Below are positions 43,300-53,332 of a stretch of 64,000 nt of DNA, in pieces. Each line of letters starts with the position of its first letter. The stretch's first letter is position 1. The notes under the pieces are model-generated. The model ran no database searches. It was not told the origin of the DNA and was given only the letters and a program-made list of their open reading frames with translations. The translations under genes were made by a program, and so were the position numbers. Source of the stretch: a virus; the IMG/VR virus record IMGVR_UViG_3300012209_000006, positions 16,493 to 80,492 of that record; one strand, given 5' to 3'.

Positions 43300-44238
43300 A
43301 TGGCGGCAACTAAAACTTTGCAAAATTCTATCGATTGGATGCGCCCATTCTTAAATTGGGCTAACCTAACTATCGGTACGAATAACGAGCCGGCTTTCAC
43401 GAGCGCGAATCAAGCGCTGCAGACTATCGTAGGCCCCCCATTCGTGTGGCCTTGGAACCGTAACACTGCTTCATTCCTTACCACCGTTGGCAAGCAAGAT
43501 TATAACGCGGCAATATCCGACTTCGGCTATTTGGAAACAGCCACGATCGAGCTCTGCGGAACCATCACAAGCGTCGTAACGAGCGGCACTGCGGCAGTCT
43601 ATCACGCCATCAATGGATTCAGCAGCCTTCGCAACGGAGGAGTCGGCGAGGAAGTTGTCGTCACCGGTTGCACCACCTCAGCCCTCAACGGCACGTTCAT
43701 ACTCACCGCGGTATCTTCCACAACGTTCACGGTTGCGTCTACTGTCTCGGCCGGTACTGAATCGGAATCTGGAGCTCTAGCAGTTGCTGGGCCTTCCGTT
43801 CAGCTGGAATTGAAGTGGGGATCGCTGTCAGAAGATCGCGCCAAGGATCGCCCGACATACATCGCGACACAGGAGTCTGACGAGAGCGGAACATCTTTCG
43901 TGTTTCGTTTGATGCCCGTCCCTGAACAGAACTATCGCGTCAACCTTACGTATCAGGTTGCGCCTACGCCTTTTGCGCACGTCTCAGACACCTGGGGAAT
44001 TCCTGATCAATTGCAGTACATCTACAATTACTTTTTCGCGTTCTTCATGTTCGATTACTTCGATGATCCTAGAGCGCGCGCGTATCGTCAGCTGGCTGTA
44101 GCGGCTCTCCTTGCCCGTCAGTCCGGCCTGAACGCCACTGATCGCAACCTGTTCCTCGGGAACTGGCTGCCGATCATGAGAGAAGAAACAGATAGTCAAG
44201 CCGGCGAAAATCAAGCGATTCAGGGGCGCGGAATCTAA
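43300..44238 (+). CDS. Head-tail adaptor/tail tubular-like protein with inserted beta domain
   Basis: PPFVWPWNR...GKQDY; TAATG coupling to next gene. Confidence 0.55.
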   Translation: MAATKTLQNSIDWMRPFLNWANLTIGTNNEPAFTSANQALQTIVGPPFVWPWNRNTASFLTTVGKQDYNAAISDFGYLETATIELCGTITSVVTSGTAAVYHAINGFSSLRNGGVGEEVVVTGCTTSALNGTFILTAVSSTTFTVASTVSAGTESESGALAVAGPSVQLELKWGSLSEDRAKDRPTYIATQESDESGTSFVFRLMPVPEQNYRVNLTYQVAPTPFAHVSDTWGIPDQLQYIYNYFFAFFMFDYFDDPRARAYRQLAVAALLARQSGLNATDRNLFLGNWLPIMREETDSQAGENQAIQGRGI

Positions 44239-47200
44239 TGAGTCAGAACCTAATTCAAGCACAAGGTGGGGGCCCGCAAAAACCTACTCGCTTCGTTAGC
44301 CTGTTCACGTCTAGGTTCCTCACTGGACTTTATACGAACCGGTCACTGCTGCGCGGCCCTCTCCAAACCTTGTATTCGGACTTCTATCATCTTGGCGCCA
44401 CAGATGCGCTGGCCGATGGATTGAACTCTGAGCTATCGATCAGGCAGACAATGATCCGCCGACCGGGTAATCCGAAATTTTCCACGCAACAGACGGCCGC
44501 GGCAGTCGATTTCTTCTACGCTTTCCACAAGTCCGACGGCACCATCTCTGTTATCGCGGATAGCGCTACAGATGTCGAAGTCGTTACGCCTACCACAATT
44601 ACATCCATCTTCACTAAGTCGACTGGTGCGGGCCAAGGATATCTTCAAGGCATAAACAAAACTCTCTACATCGCTGATGGTCTCGATCTCGTCAAGTATA
44701 TTCCTGGTACGACCAATCCCGACACAGGCAAGTCTATTTGGAATCTCGGCGGCGCTGCCCCCACAACTGCGCCCACGCTATCAGTCACGCTCACAGGTTC
44801 TGCTGGTACGCAATGGGCCGCTAACACCGTTTTCACAACGATGGGTTTGATCTACGATAGCGGCACTGATACGATGCAGCAGCTATACACCGTCAATGCC
44901 GACGGCACGAACCCATCCTCTCAATTCGGCACGTCCGGAAACGGGCAGCCTGTATGGGCACAAAACTATCTTGGCGTGACGGTCGACGGTACAGTTCATT
45001 GGACTAATTACGGCGAAATTCTTCTCTGGCAACCTAGCCATACCTACGCTGGCGGCGATCCTATTTTCGATCCAGGCACCGGCTGCGTATTCATCGCGTC
45101 ACACAACTACAACGTCCAGTCTGGTTCCGTGTATCCTAGCTTCACGTCCACGCTTGGTATATCCGGAGCGCGCGTCACTGAATCCACCGGAGCCCGCTGG
45201 GAAAATATCGGGAAAGTTGAAGACTGGACAAATACGAATCCCACTTGCATACGTCTATGGCAGACAAGCAAGACCTATTTGCACTATGATCCTCCCATCA
45301 ACGGTTCCGGAGGCGGAGATCCTACAAACATAAACTGCGCCACCGTAGAGCCAAACGGAAATCTTCCTTCCACTCCAGATAGTCCTGTATTTTTGCAAGC
45401 AGCAACAACGGCCGGCACTACCGCCTCGACGGCTACGGCTCCGTCTTGGGGTACTACAGTCGGCGCTCTAACTCAAGATGGTCAACTTGGCTACGTGAGT
45501 TTGGGTAAAGGAACGTGGGTCGCCAATACAGCGTACGCGGGATGGACTCCTGGTGGGCTGTTCTCAGCGGTTAAGGACGCGAATGGAAACTTCCAAGTCG
45601 CTATCGTAACTGGTACCAGCGGCGCTCTCGTCCCAGGAACATCTGACGTTCTTACGGCGGCCGGTAATGCTTCTGGCGGACACACCACATACACTGGAAC
45701 ATTCCCCATCGCGTTCACTGTGGGAGCTCCCGTCACAATCGCCGGCTTCTCGACCAGCGCGAATAACGGAAAATTCCAAGTCGTATCCTGCAACGCGACC
45801 ACTCTCGTAACTACTAACTCCGCCGGAGTCGCAGAGACCCACGCCGGAACTGCGGTTTACAATCCGTGGGGTACTTCCTACGGCGCGCAGATCATTGAAG
45901 GAACTGTTACCTGGACTTGCGTCGGCGCGGCGTCTCCTAGCTGGTCGGCCGCCACTAAATGGTATCTGCCTGCGATCGGATTCGTTCCTCCTTCTGCGTC
46001 TCAACAATTTGGCGGCGCGGCAGTCATAGATTCGAACGGTGTCAATCAGTTTGTAATCTCTTCCGGCAAAAGCGGAGGCAGCGCACCGACGTGGCAAGCG
46101 ATTGGCTCCAACACCACAGACAATGGCATTACATGGTACGCCGTATCTTCGTTCACTGCTGCAGGATTCTCCTGGACGTCTGGACACGGATGGTGTTACG
46201 CGTTCAAAGCGCGCACAACGACGGACGTGAGCGTTACGGACGCCCCTCCGCTGCAGATTCCCGGCACCAACTCTCCCAACGTGCTTGGGCCCTTAGGGAC
46301 TCCAACGGGCTGCGGTGATGGCTCAGTATCAACCGCATCGCCCGTCGCGCAGATCACAGGAGCGAATACTGGCGCTCAGGTTTTGATTTCTGGCCTCGGC
46401 TCTTCTGATCCTCAGTATGACACGATTATGGTTTTCAGATCTGCCGATGGTTTCGGTGCGAGCGGTCCTTACTTGTTCCTTACGGAACTTGCTATGCCTC
46501 CGCGGCTAGCCAACGGTCAGCCGGGAACTTGGAGCATCATCGACTTCATGCCGGATGACGCGACCAATCTTCTACCAGGATTGGACACCGGAACTACGGC
46601 TCCGATCAATCATGTGAACGATCCTCCTCCGGGACAATTCGGCTCTACGAATTTCGTTCCTTCTGCTGCGGATCCAACAGTCGCGCTGGCGGACTCGGCT
46701 CTCAAAGGAATCGTTTATCACCAAGGGCGCATGTGGGGTTTCATCGGAAACAACGTGTTTGCTTCCGGCGGTCCGGATACAGATCCAGGCAACGGCTTCA
46801 CTGCATGGCCTCCTGCGCAAGCCTTCCCGTTCAGCAGTAATGTTACGCGTTTGATTCCTACGGCGACGGCTCTGCTTGTATTCTTGACCACGGACACTTA
46901 TTTGATTGGCGGCGGCCCCGCAATAACCGATTATTACTCACAGCTTCTCGCCCCAGGCGTTGGCCTCCTGTCGTGGAACGCCGTCACGATGGTGCTCGGT
47001 CTCCCGTATTTGTTTTCATCAGACCGTCAATTTATCAGTATCGATCCTAGCGGTGGCTTCACGCGCATCGGGCATCCTATTGGGGACAAGCTTAGTCAAT
47101 TCAGTCCATTGACTGCATACGTAACGTATCATAGCTTCGGCGACCAAGAACATGCGCTTTTCATTTCAGACGGTTCGACTCAATGGTATCGTTGCGACCC

Positions 47201-47795
47201 CTACCCGACTCCGGACAGTCAATTAACTGGACCGATATGGAGTCCGAAAGCTACGATCAGCGGCGGATTCAAAGCCATCAATTCGATCGAGACTTCTCCA
47301 GGCACAAGACAGCTTCTTATTGGGCCCACGTCTGCGGGATTCATCCTAGCGCGCGATTCGACTTTCACGACGTTCGTGGATAACACGAGTCCGTACGAAT
47401 CAAACTTCGTGATGGGTAATATCGTCCTGGCGCATTCGGGCCAGATGGCTGAATGCAACTTCATTCAGGCTGACTTCTCGCAAGTCGGAACACAACCTAT
47501 AGTTTCGGTTCTATTCGACGAACTGGGAGCAACTAACGGCGCGGCATTCGAAACTATCTCCAACACTTTTGTGTCTGATCCTCCGAAGCTGTTCGGGCCA
47601 ACGGCAGTGCCAAAAACGTTGTGGATGAACAGATACTATTTTGGATCAACCACCCCGGCAAATGGAGGCGACCAAACGCCCGTTGCTGCATGGTGTAAAT
47701 CGATGCAGATCAAAATAGATTTTGGAGCAGCGGATACCGTGCAGAACGAACTACTGGCGTTCACCATAAACGGGGCTCTTTATCAGGAGAAATAG
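44238..47795 (+). CDS. Large tail nozzle/stabilisation-type protein with internal Trp/Gly repeats
   Basis: 1185 aa; beta-propeller-like termini; about five W..(T)Y..G...D..G...P.W...G..T.DG..W repeats. Confidence 0.6.
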   Translation: MSQNLIQAQGGGPQKPTRFVSLFTSRFLTGLYTNRSLLRGPLQTLYSDFYHLGATDALADGLNSELSIRQTMIRRPGNPKFSTQQTAAAVDFFYAFHKSDGTISVIADSATDVEVVTPTTITSIFTKSTGAGQGYLQGINKTLYIADGLDLVKYIPGTTNPDTGKSIWNLGGAAPTTAPTLSVTLTGSAGTQWAANTVFTTMGLIYDSGTDTMQQLYTVNADGTNPSSQFGTSGNGQPVWAQNYLGVTVDGTVHWTNYGEILLWQPSHTYAGGDPIFDPGTGCVFIASHNYNVQSGSVYPSFTSTLGISGARVTESTGARWENIGKVEDWTNTNPTCIRLWQTSKTYLHYDPPINGSGGGDPTNINCATVEPNGNLPSTPDSPVFLQAATTAGTTASTATAPSWGTTVGALTQDGQLGYVSLGKGTWVANTAYAGWTPGGLFSAVKDANGNFQVAIVTGTSGALVPGTSDVLTAAGNASGGHTTYTGTFPIAFTVGAPVTIAGFSTSANNGKFQVVSCNATTLVTTNSAGVAETHAGTAVYNPWGTSYGAQIIEGTVTWTCVGAASPSWSAATKWYLPAIGFVPPSASQQFGGAAVIDSNGVNQFVISSGKSGGSAPTWQAIGSNTTDNGITWYAVSSFTAAGFSWTSGHGWCYAFKARTTTDVSVTDAPPLQIPGTNSPNVLGPLGTPTGCGDGSVSTASPVAQITGANTGAQVLISGLGSSDPQYDTIMVFRSADGFGASGPYLFLTELAMPPRLANGQPGTWSIIDFMPDDATNLLPGLDTGTTAPINHVNDPPPGQFGSTNFVPSAADPTVALADSALKGIVYHQGRMWGFIGNNVFASGGPDTDPGNGFTAWPPAQAFPFSSNVTRLIPTATALLVFLTTDTYLIGGGPAITDYYSQLLAPGVGLLSWNAVTMVLGLPYLFSSDRQFISIDPSGGFTRIGHPIGDKLSQFSPLTAYVTYHSFGDQEHALFISDGSTQWYRCDPYPTPDSQLTGPIWSPKATISGGFKAINSIETSPGTRQLLIGPTSAGFILARDSTFTTFVDNTSPYESNFVMGNIVLAHSGQMAECNFIQADFSQVGTQPIVSVLFDELGATNGAAFETISNTFVSDPPKLFGPTAVPKTLWMNRYYFGSTTPANGGDQTPVAAWCKSMQIKIDFGAADTVQNELLAFTINGALYQEK

Positions 47796-49567
47796 TGGCC
47801 ACTCTTAAAGAAACCCTACAGAAACCTAGCAACATTGGGGATTTGATTAACACTCTTATGTCCCAACCTGCTCCGGCCGTGGTGCCTCGCGAGCAGCCCG
47901 GTCTTGCTACGGGATCTTTGGGCCCAGCGCCTGCCGTCTTCACGACAGATTACGATCGTGTACGTCAGTGGATGCGCCCCGGAACTTCTCAGAACCGATT
48001 TCCGCCGCTCCCTACGAAAGCGAATCCTCAACTGAACGCTGCGGCTTCGTCCGTAACAAAGAACGTGATCACGCAAACTGTTACGCCGCCCGCGATCGAC
48101 GATGATGATATCATAGTCAATCCGCAAACAGGGGTAAACTACACCGTTCAGCAAAGCGACTACAACAAACTGATTTCGATAGCTAATGCTGCGGGCGGAA
48201 CTATTTTTCTTCCACCCGTCACGGGCTCGGTTGGAGTTTCTGTGAACAATAAAAGCGGCACATCACCGTTTTTATTTAATTCCGGTAACACTACGTTTGA
48301 CATGACCGGTTTGACAGGCACTAGCACGGCTACTGTAACAGTGACTGGAAAAGACATAAATGCAGGAGATTTTCTTTTCCTCTTTATTCGCAATCACGGA
48401 AGTCCATCTCCTAGTGGCGTATCCGGCGTCTCGATGACGGACACAATTAATGGCCCGTGGTCAGTAATAGCGAACGTAACTCTTAATGACGTTGGAGTAT
48501 CTAACGATCGGATCAGTTTATTTGGTATTCAAGTTGCCTCCACTATCTCTGTAGGCACAACATTTAGCGTGACCACAGCCGCCACATACGTAGGAGTAGG
48601 GCAAAATCCAGGCGAAAATATCCTGTGGAATATGACAGGATTAAAAAACCTAAGCCAAAAAGTCGCGGCGTCAGGCCTAGTTACAGGAGGCAAATTTTCT
48701 AGCGGAGGGCTCACCTCGTCAAGTGCATCTACTTTTATAAGCTGCGCGGAAAACGATAACGGCGCCTTAAGTACAGGTATACCAGAAGGATCGTGGACAA
48801 ACATTCTGACTAGTTCGAACATAGTCGGAGTAAACTTCAGATCTGCTATTTTAGGTAATATAAACGATATTTATGACAATAGTTCCTCTGGTAATTTTTA
48901 TGGCGATTTATTGACTACTTTTATTGAGCTTGCGCCAACGGATATTGCTAAACTATCCGGAGATTTTTTCTGCTACATTCAGAATACCGGTCTGGGAAGC
49001 TACGCCGTCAAATCTTCCATCAATCTAGATGGATCCTCGTCGTCCATAACTTTGACGACAGGCCAAGGGGCGCTGTTCGTCTACAGCCCCGAACTTAATG
49101 GTTGGTTCACTGAGCGCGGAATGAGCGGAGGCGCAGTCGATGTAGATTTTTATCAAACGGTTCAACAAGCCGGGGTCAATAAAACCCAAGAAAATAAACT
49201 AAATTTCTTGGGCCCTATAACAGCTACAGACAACGCTGGAAATGGATCGACAGACATAGCAGTGCCAGATGTCGTTGGTGATTCTGGATCGGGCGGCGTT
49301 CATGGATTGGTTCCTGCCCCCGCTGCAGGAGACACTGCAGCAAATAAATTCTTAAAGGCTAGCGGTAGTTTCGCTACGCCACCTATAATGGTGGGTGATT
49401 CTGGGTCTGGCGGAACAGCGGGATACGTTCCCGCCGCTCCTGCCGGATCAAATGCAGCGGGAGATTTTCTATCTGCTGGCGGAAGTTTTGTGAATCCGGG
49501 AACCAACCCGGCATCGTTTAACACAGGTCTCGCATACGCGATAGCGGCAGGCTACGCACTAGGATAA
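47795..49567 (+). CDS. Tail fibre/receptor-binding-like protein
   Basis: Ser/Gly/Thr-rich; duplicated VGDSGSGG..G.VPAP.AG motif; AT-richer central module. Confidence 0.6.
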   Translation: MATLKETLQKPSNIGDLINTLMSQPAPAVVPREQPGLATGSLGPAPAVFTTDYDRVRQWMRPGTSQNRFPPLPTKANPQLNAAASSVTKNVITQTVTPPAIDDDDIIVNPQTGVNYTVQQSDYNKLISIANAAGGTIFLPPVTGSVGVSVNNKSGTSPFLFNSGNTTFDMTGLTGTSTATVTVTGKDINAGDFLFLFIRNHGSPSPSGVSGVSMTDTINGPWSVIANVTLNDVGVSNDRISLFGIQVASTISVGTTFSVTTAATYVGVGQNPGENILWNMTGLKNLSQKVAASGLVTGGKFSSGGLTSSSASTFISCAENDNGALSTGIPEGSWTNILTSSNIVGVNFRSAILGNINDIYDNSSSGNFYGDLLTTFIELAPTDIAKLSGDFFCYIQNTGLGSYAVKSSINLDGSSSSITLTTGQGALFVYSPELNGWFTERGMSGGAVDVDFYQTVQQAGVNKTQENKLNFLGPITATDNAGNGSTDIAVPDVVGDSGSGGVHGLVPAPAAGDTAANKFLKASGSFATPPIMVGDSGSGGTAGYVPAAPAGSNAAGDFLSAGGSFVNPGTNPASFNTGLAYAIAAGYALG

Positions 49568-49570
49568 AAC

Positions 49571-49996
49571 ATGGCAAACAACTCACCTATTTTCTCGAAG
49601 GCCGGAGACGTCAGTTCTAACAATGGAACTGGGATGGCCCCCACTCTCACTACTGGTTCAAACACGTATGATGGAACAAACGGAAACGCTGCGCTTGTTT
49701 ATACCTCGGGTGCGGGCGGTTTCATTCAACGCCTTCGATTCAAAGCTATCGGCACGAACGTTGCGACAGTCGCTCGTATTTTTCTAAACAACGGCAGCTC
49801 GGCTGGAACAGCGACTAACAATAGCTTTTATGGAGAAATTTCTTTGCCTGCTACAACAGCTTCTGCGGTAGCCGCGACCATCGAAGAAGATTACATTATG
49901 AATATCGCTATACCAACCGGCTTCAGAATTTACGCATTGCTAGCTACGACTGTGGCCGCCGGGTGGGTTGTTACGCCGGTCGCAGGCCAGTACTAA
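49571..49996 (+). CDS. Small virion protein
   Basis: Beta-rich, in tail module. Confidence 0.65.
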   Translation: MANNSPIFSKAGDVSSNNGTGMAPTLTTGSNTYDGTNGNAALVYTSGAGGFIQRLRFKAIGTNVATVARIFLNNGSSAGTATNNSFYGEISLPATTASAVAATIEEDYIMNIAIPTGFRIYALLATTVAAGWVVTPVAGQY

Positions 49997-50019
49997 AAAT
50001 TTTGAAAAGGAGATATAAA

Positions 50020-50139
50020 ATGAGGACAAAAACTCTTGGTGGCTTTGCGTATGGCGCTCCGCCGCGCGGTGGATTAACTGCTGCTGATCAAGCTTGGTTT
50101 GTTACTGGCGAATTATCTTTTAGCGTTGAGGAGGATTAA
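50020..50139 (+). CDS. Small hypothetical protein (39 aa), not in track
   Basis: AAGGAG RBS; TAATG coupling to 50139. Confidence 0.5.
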   Translation: MRTKTLGGFAYGAPPRGGLTAADQAWFVTGELSFSVEED

Positions 50140-51110
50140 TGTTAGATTTTTTCAATCTCCCAAACAATGAGAGAGCGCCAAACACGGACATTCAAATGTT
50201 CACTGGCGCTGGAACAAACTCAGGTTCTAGTCCTAATCTTGTTGATGTACATGAGTGGAAAAAGCCTCGCGGAATTACGATGATGCACATAGTGTGTATC
50301 GGTGCAGGCGGCGGCGGCGGTGGTGGTGTAACTGGCGCGGTAGGTGTTAGTAAAGCAGGCGGTGGCGGCGGTGGGAGTGGGGCGTTATCGACTCTTTTGA
50401 TTCCTGCTGTTTATCTCCCCGATAAACTTTATGTGTTACCAGGAAACGGCGGCAAGGGCGGCGCGGCGGGTGTGAATGGAACAACAGGCTCAACGTCTCT
50501 TGTGATGCTTTTTCCTGAGTCTAACTTTATCGACGACAATATTCTCATTAACTCCAGCAACTCTGGAACAGCTACAGCTAACGGTGGGTCCGCTGGAGCA
50601 ACAACGACAGGCGGGGCTGGCGGTACGGGAATGGTCGCGTCGACTTCTTCGCATGCGCGTTGGTCGCAACTCGGTTTATACAACTCTTTTACCGGCTCCA
50701 ACGGTACCAGTGGCGGAAACTCTGGCGTTGGAGGCACAAATTTTGCATACGTATCAGGTAATGCATTTGTGATGCCAGGAACCGGAGGCGGCGGTTCTAC
50801 CTCTGGCGCCCCAACAACGAGTGGCGGAATAGTAACCTTCTCAAGCCAGATTCAAGGTCCGGTTGCAGAAGCTAAGTCGGCAGCGGCGGGCCCCGGCGCA
50901 ATTAGTGGAAGCGGCGGCTATGTGTTGAAAGCACCAAGTTTGCCATTTTTTGTGTATGGTGGTCTCGGCGCCGGCGGCGCGGACGCTGCGGTTGGTGCTA
51001 TGGGCGGAAACGGAGTTTATGGCTCTGGCGGCGGAGGCGGAGGCAGCGGTACTACAGGTGGGCCCGGCGGCGACGGTGGAGCAGGAATCGTTATTATAAC
51101 ATGCTGGTAA
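50139..51110 (+). CDS. Glycine-rich tail fibre-like protein
   Basis: CIGAGGGGGGG...GAGIVIITCW glycine-rich domain. Confidence 0.75.
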   Translation: MLDFFNLPNNERAPNTDIQMFTGAGTNSGSSPNLVDVHEWKKPRGITMMHIVCIGAGGGGGGGVTGAVGVSKAGGGGGGSGALSTLLIPAVYLPDKLYVLPGNGGKGGAAGVNGTTGSTSLVMLFPESNFIDDNILINSSNSGTATANGGSAGATTTGGAGGTGMVASTSSHARWSQLGLYNSFTGSNGTSGGNSGVGGTNFAYVSGNAFVMPGTGGGGSTSGAPTTSGGIVTFSSQIQGPVAEAKSAAAGPGAISGSGGYVLKAPSLPFFVYGGLGAGGADAAVGAMGGNGVYGSGGGGGGSGTTGGPGGDGGAGIVIITCW

Positions 51111-51123
51111 AGGAAAAATAGCA

Positions 51124-51483
51124 ATGGCACCGACAGAGAAGTTACTACGTGAGATCATCGCCGGTCAGGCGGTTCTCGTAACAGAAGTCAAGACACTCAA
51201 CGTGAGATTGTTCGGGGGCGACGGCCAAAAAGGCGTTGTCCCTATCTTATTCGAGAAAAACGAAAAACTCGATCAAGACATACAAGACACTAAAGACAAA
51301 ATCACCGTCGAGATAGGTAAATTGCACGAAGCAGAGATCAAACCAGTTCAGATCAAAGTTGCTGATCTGGAAAACAAATCTTCTAACTTGGCGTGGAAGC
51401 TTGGCAGTGTATCTGCAGTCGGCGGATCCATTCTAGGCGCGGCTATAGCGGCGGCTGCGAAGAGATTGTTCGGAGTGCACTAA
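51124..51483 (+). CDS. Coiled-coil protein with C-terminal membrane helix, holin-like candidate
   Basis: Hydrophobic C-terminus LAWKLGSVSAVGGSILGAAIAAAA. Confidence 0.55.
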   Translation: MAPTEKLLREIIAGQAVLVTEVKTLNVRLFGGDGQKGVVPILFEKNEKLDQDIQDTKDKITVEIGKLHEAEIKPVQIKVADLENKSSNLAWKLGSVSAVGGSILGAAIAAAAKRLFGVH

Positions 51484-51902
51484 TGAATGTCACAATCCGT
51501 GAAGCCAACGAATCAGATTTGCCTCGCCTATCCAAATGGATCGCCGAAGATTCTTGCCCTCAGCATCACGGCGTGGATCCACGGTGGTGGATTACAAATA
51601 GTTTTTCAGAAGAGAAGCCGATGGGTACTCGCAGCCTAGCCGTCGAAACTCCCGGCGGAGTCGTCTTCTACTTGAAGCTCGAGAATGTTATGCGTTGCTA
51701 CATCCAGTTCCCTCCGGATGTTGAGCGCGACAAAGAAGTCACCGCTCTGGCTCTAAAGCGGGCGTTCCTAGAAATTTCAGCCGGAGCTAAACACCTCGGC
51801 TATCACGAGATGATCTTTGACTCTCAGTCACAAGGCCTCGTGAATCTGTTCACAAAGTTTGGATTTAAAGAAGCACAGGACAACTTTCTGGTGAGGTTAT
51901 AG
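51483..51902 (+). CDS. GNAT-fold-like protein
   Basis: IREANESDL start and LVNLFTKFGF end typical of GNAT fold; precedes ejection genes. Confidence 0.5.
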   Translation: MNVTIREANESDLPRLSKWIAEDSCPQHHGVDPRWWITNSFSEEKPMGTRSLAVETPGGVVFYLKLENVMRCYIQFPPDVERDKEVTALALKRAFLEISAGAKHLGYHEMIFDSQSQGLVNLFTKFGFKEAQDNFLVRL

Positions 51903-51904
51903 AA

Positions 51905-52906
51905 ATGAACGACACTTTCAAATACGTAGGCAAGTCCTACAAGAACTGCGACCCGAGCGGTGCGCAGCAAGCCGCCCTCAAGGCCTCACAGACCATGGAG
52001 AGCACGTTGGCTAGTTCTTACAAAACGGTCTTCGGCATCGGGTCTAAGCTGTACAGCTCATTGAAGAGCGGGTACGACAAGATCATCAACACTACGCACG
52101 GGATGACTTCCGAGGAATTGGCTGCCCGCCGTTCCGAAGTCTCCAACCGCGCGGCTGCGTCGGAGAAATCCGTACAGCGTTCGATCGGACAGCGAGCCGC
52201 TATGACTGGCGCCGTCCCTGGCGTCGAGTCTGGCATCGTTCAGTCCGAGCGCGCCCAAGCTGCGACGGAGATTCAATCTAAAGCCGCTCAACAGCAGGCT
52301 GATATCACGGGCGAAGATTACGCTACAGGCCGCAAGGAGCGCGACATTGCTATGGGGGCCGAGGCAAAGCTTCCCGGCGAAGTGTTCTCTCCGTCTACAG
52401 AAATTGCTGGCGCTGATATCGCCGCGCAAAAGAACGTGGAAGAGCAAGCCAATGCTAATGAGCAAGCCTCGTCCTCGTGGATGGGTATGGTCGGTGGTCT
52501 GGCTAGTGCAGGTATTGGTTTGGCTGGCGACCTCTGCGTTGACCTAGGTACTTTGATTCTCATGGGAGATAATACCGAAAAGCGCGCAGATGAAATTAAG
52601 ATCGGCGATAAGGTTTGGGGATTCGATGGACCCGAAGCAGTCAAAAGTCTCATCGTTTCTACGCAGCCTCGAGTCAAAGTTATTCTCGACAACGACTACG
52701 AAGTTGTGGTCAGTTCTTCACACACTTTCCTTTCACCTATAGGTGGATACATTGAGGCTGCCGCTTCTCTCAATAGATATCTACGCACCGACGATGCTTG
52801 GAATAAGGTGGTAAAGATTGAAGTTATGGGGCCGGGCGAAGTCGTCATGATCAAGCTGACAGGCTTGCACGGATACATTAGTAACGGAATTTGGTCGCTG
52901 GAGTAA
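51905..52906 (+). CDS. Putative ejection protein with C-terminal Hint domain
   Basis: Helical Ala/Gln-rich region, glycine zipper, then C(52535)VDLGTLILM...EIKIGDKV...SSSHTF...HGYISNGIWSLE. Confidence 0.8.
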   Translation: MNDTFKYVGKSYKNCDPSGAQQAALKASQTMESTLASSYKTVFGIGSKLYSSLKSGYDKIINTTHGMTSEELAARRSEVSNRAAASEKSVQRSIGQRAAMTGAVPGVESGIVQSERAQAATEIQSKAAQQQADITGEDYATGRKERDIAMGAEAKLPGEVFSPSTEIAGADIAAQKNVEEQANANEQASSSWMGMVGGLASAGIGLAGDLCVDLGTLILMGDNTEKRADEIKIGDKVWGFDGPEAVKSLIVSTQPRVKVILDNDYEVVVSSSHTFLSPIGGYIEAAASLNRYLRTDDAWNKVVKIEVMGPGEVVMIKLTGLHGYISNGIWSLE

Positions 52907-52917
52907 AGGAGAAGGTT

Positions 52918-53331
52918 ATGGCTAACATTAAGCGAATTGAAGCCCTCGCCGATGGGATTGCTTTTCTTAATAAGATGTATGATCCGACATCGGATAGTTT
53001 CCAACTTAGGAATCCCGGTCTGTCACGAGCTTACTCGTACAGACATCTGGGAGAAGTTGACAACAAGGGACGCCGCATTTTCACTTCGTTGATCGGTGGG
53101 TACAGATTTTTAATCCAAGATCTCGAGTGGAAATGTTCAGGCAACACCAGAGCGAAAGGTTACAACGGGAAACTAAGCTCATCGAACACGCTGAGCGATC
53201 TTCTCAAGTCTTTCAATCTGGATCGCATTGAAGATGGAAATGTTTTCATGCTAATAGATTTTTTGAACAAAGCATTACCTGGGGTCGAAATCAACGCCCA
53301 GACTCAACTCAGTTTCTTCCTGGAGAATTAA
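52918..53331 (+). CDS. Hypothetical protein, possibly lysozyme-like
   Basis: RNPG motif and helical pattern reminiscent of virion muramidases; AAGGAG RBS. Confidence 0.4.
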   Translation: MANIKRIEALADGIAFLNKMYDPTSDSFQLRNPGLSRAYSYRHLGEVDNKGRRIFTSLIGGYRFLIQDLEWKCSGNTRAKGYNGKLSSSNTLSDLLKSFNLDRIEDGNVFMLIDFLNKALPGVEINAQTQLSFFLEN

Positions 53332-53332
53332 G

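Noticed and set aside
52535-52906. Canonical splicing intein
   Set aside because: No terminal His-Asn and no C-extein.
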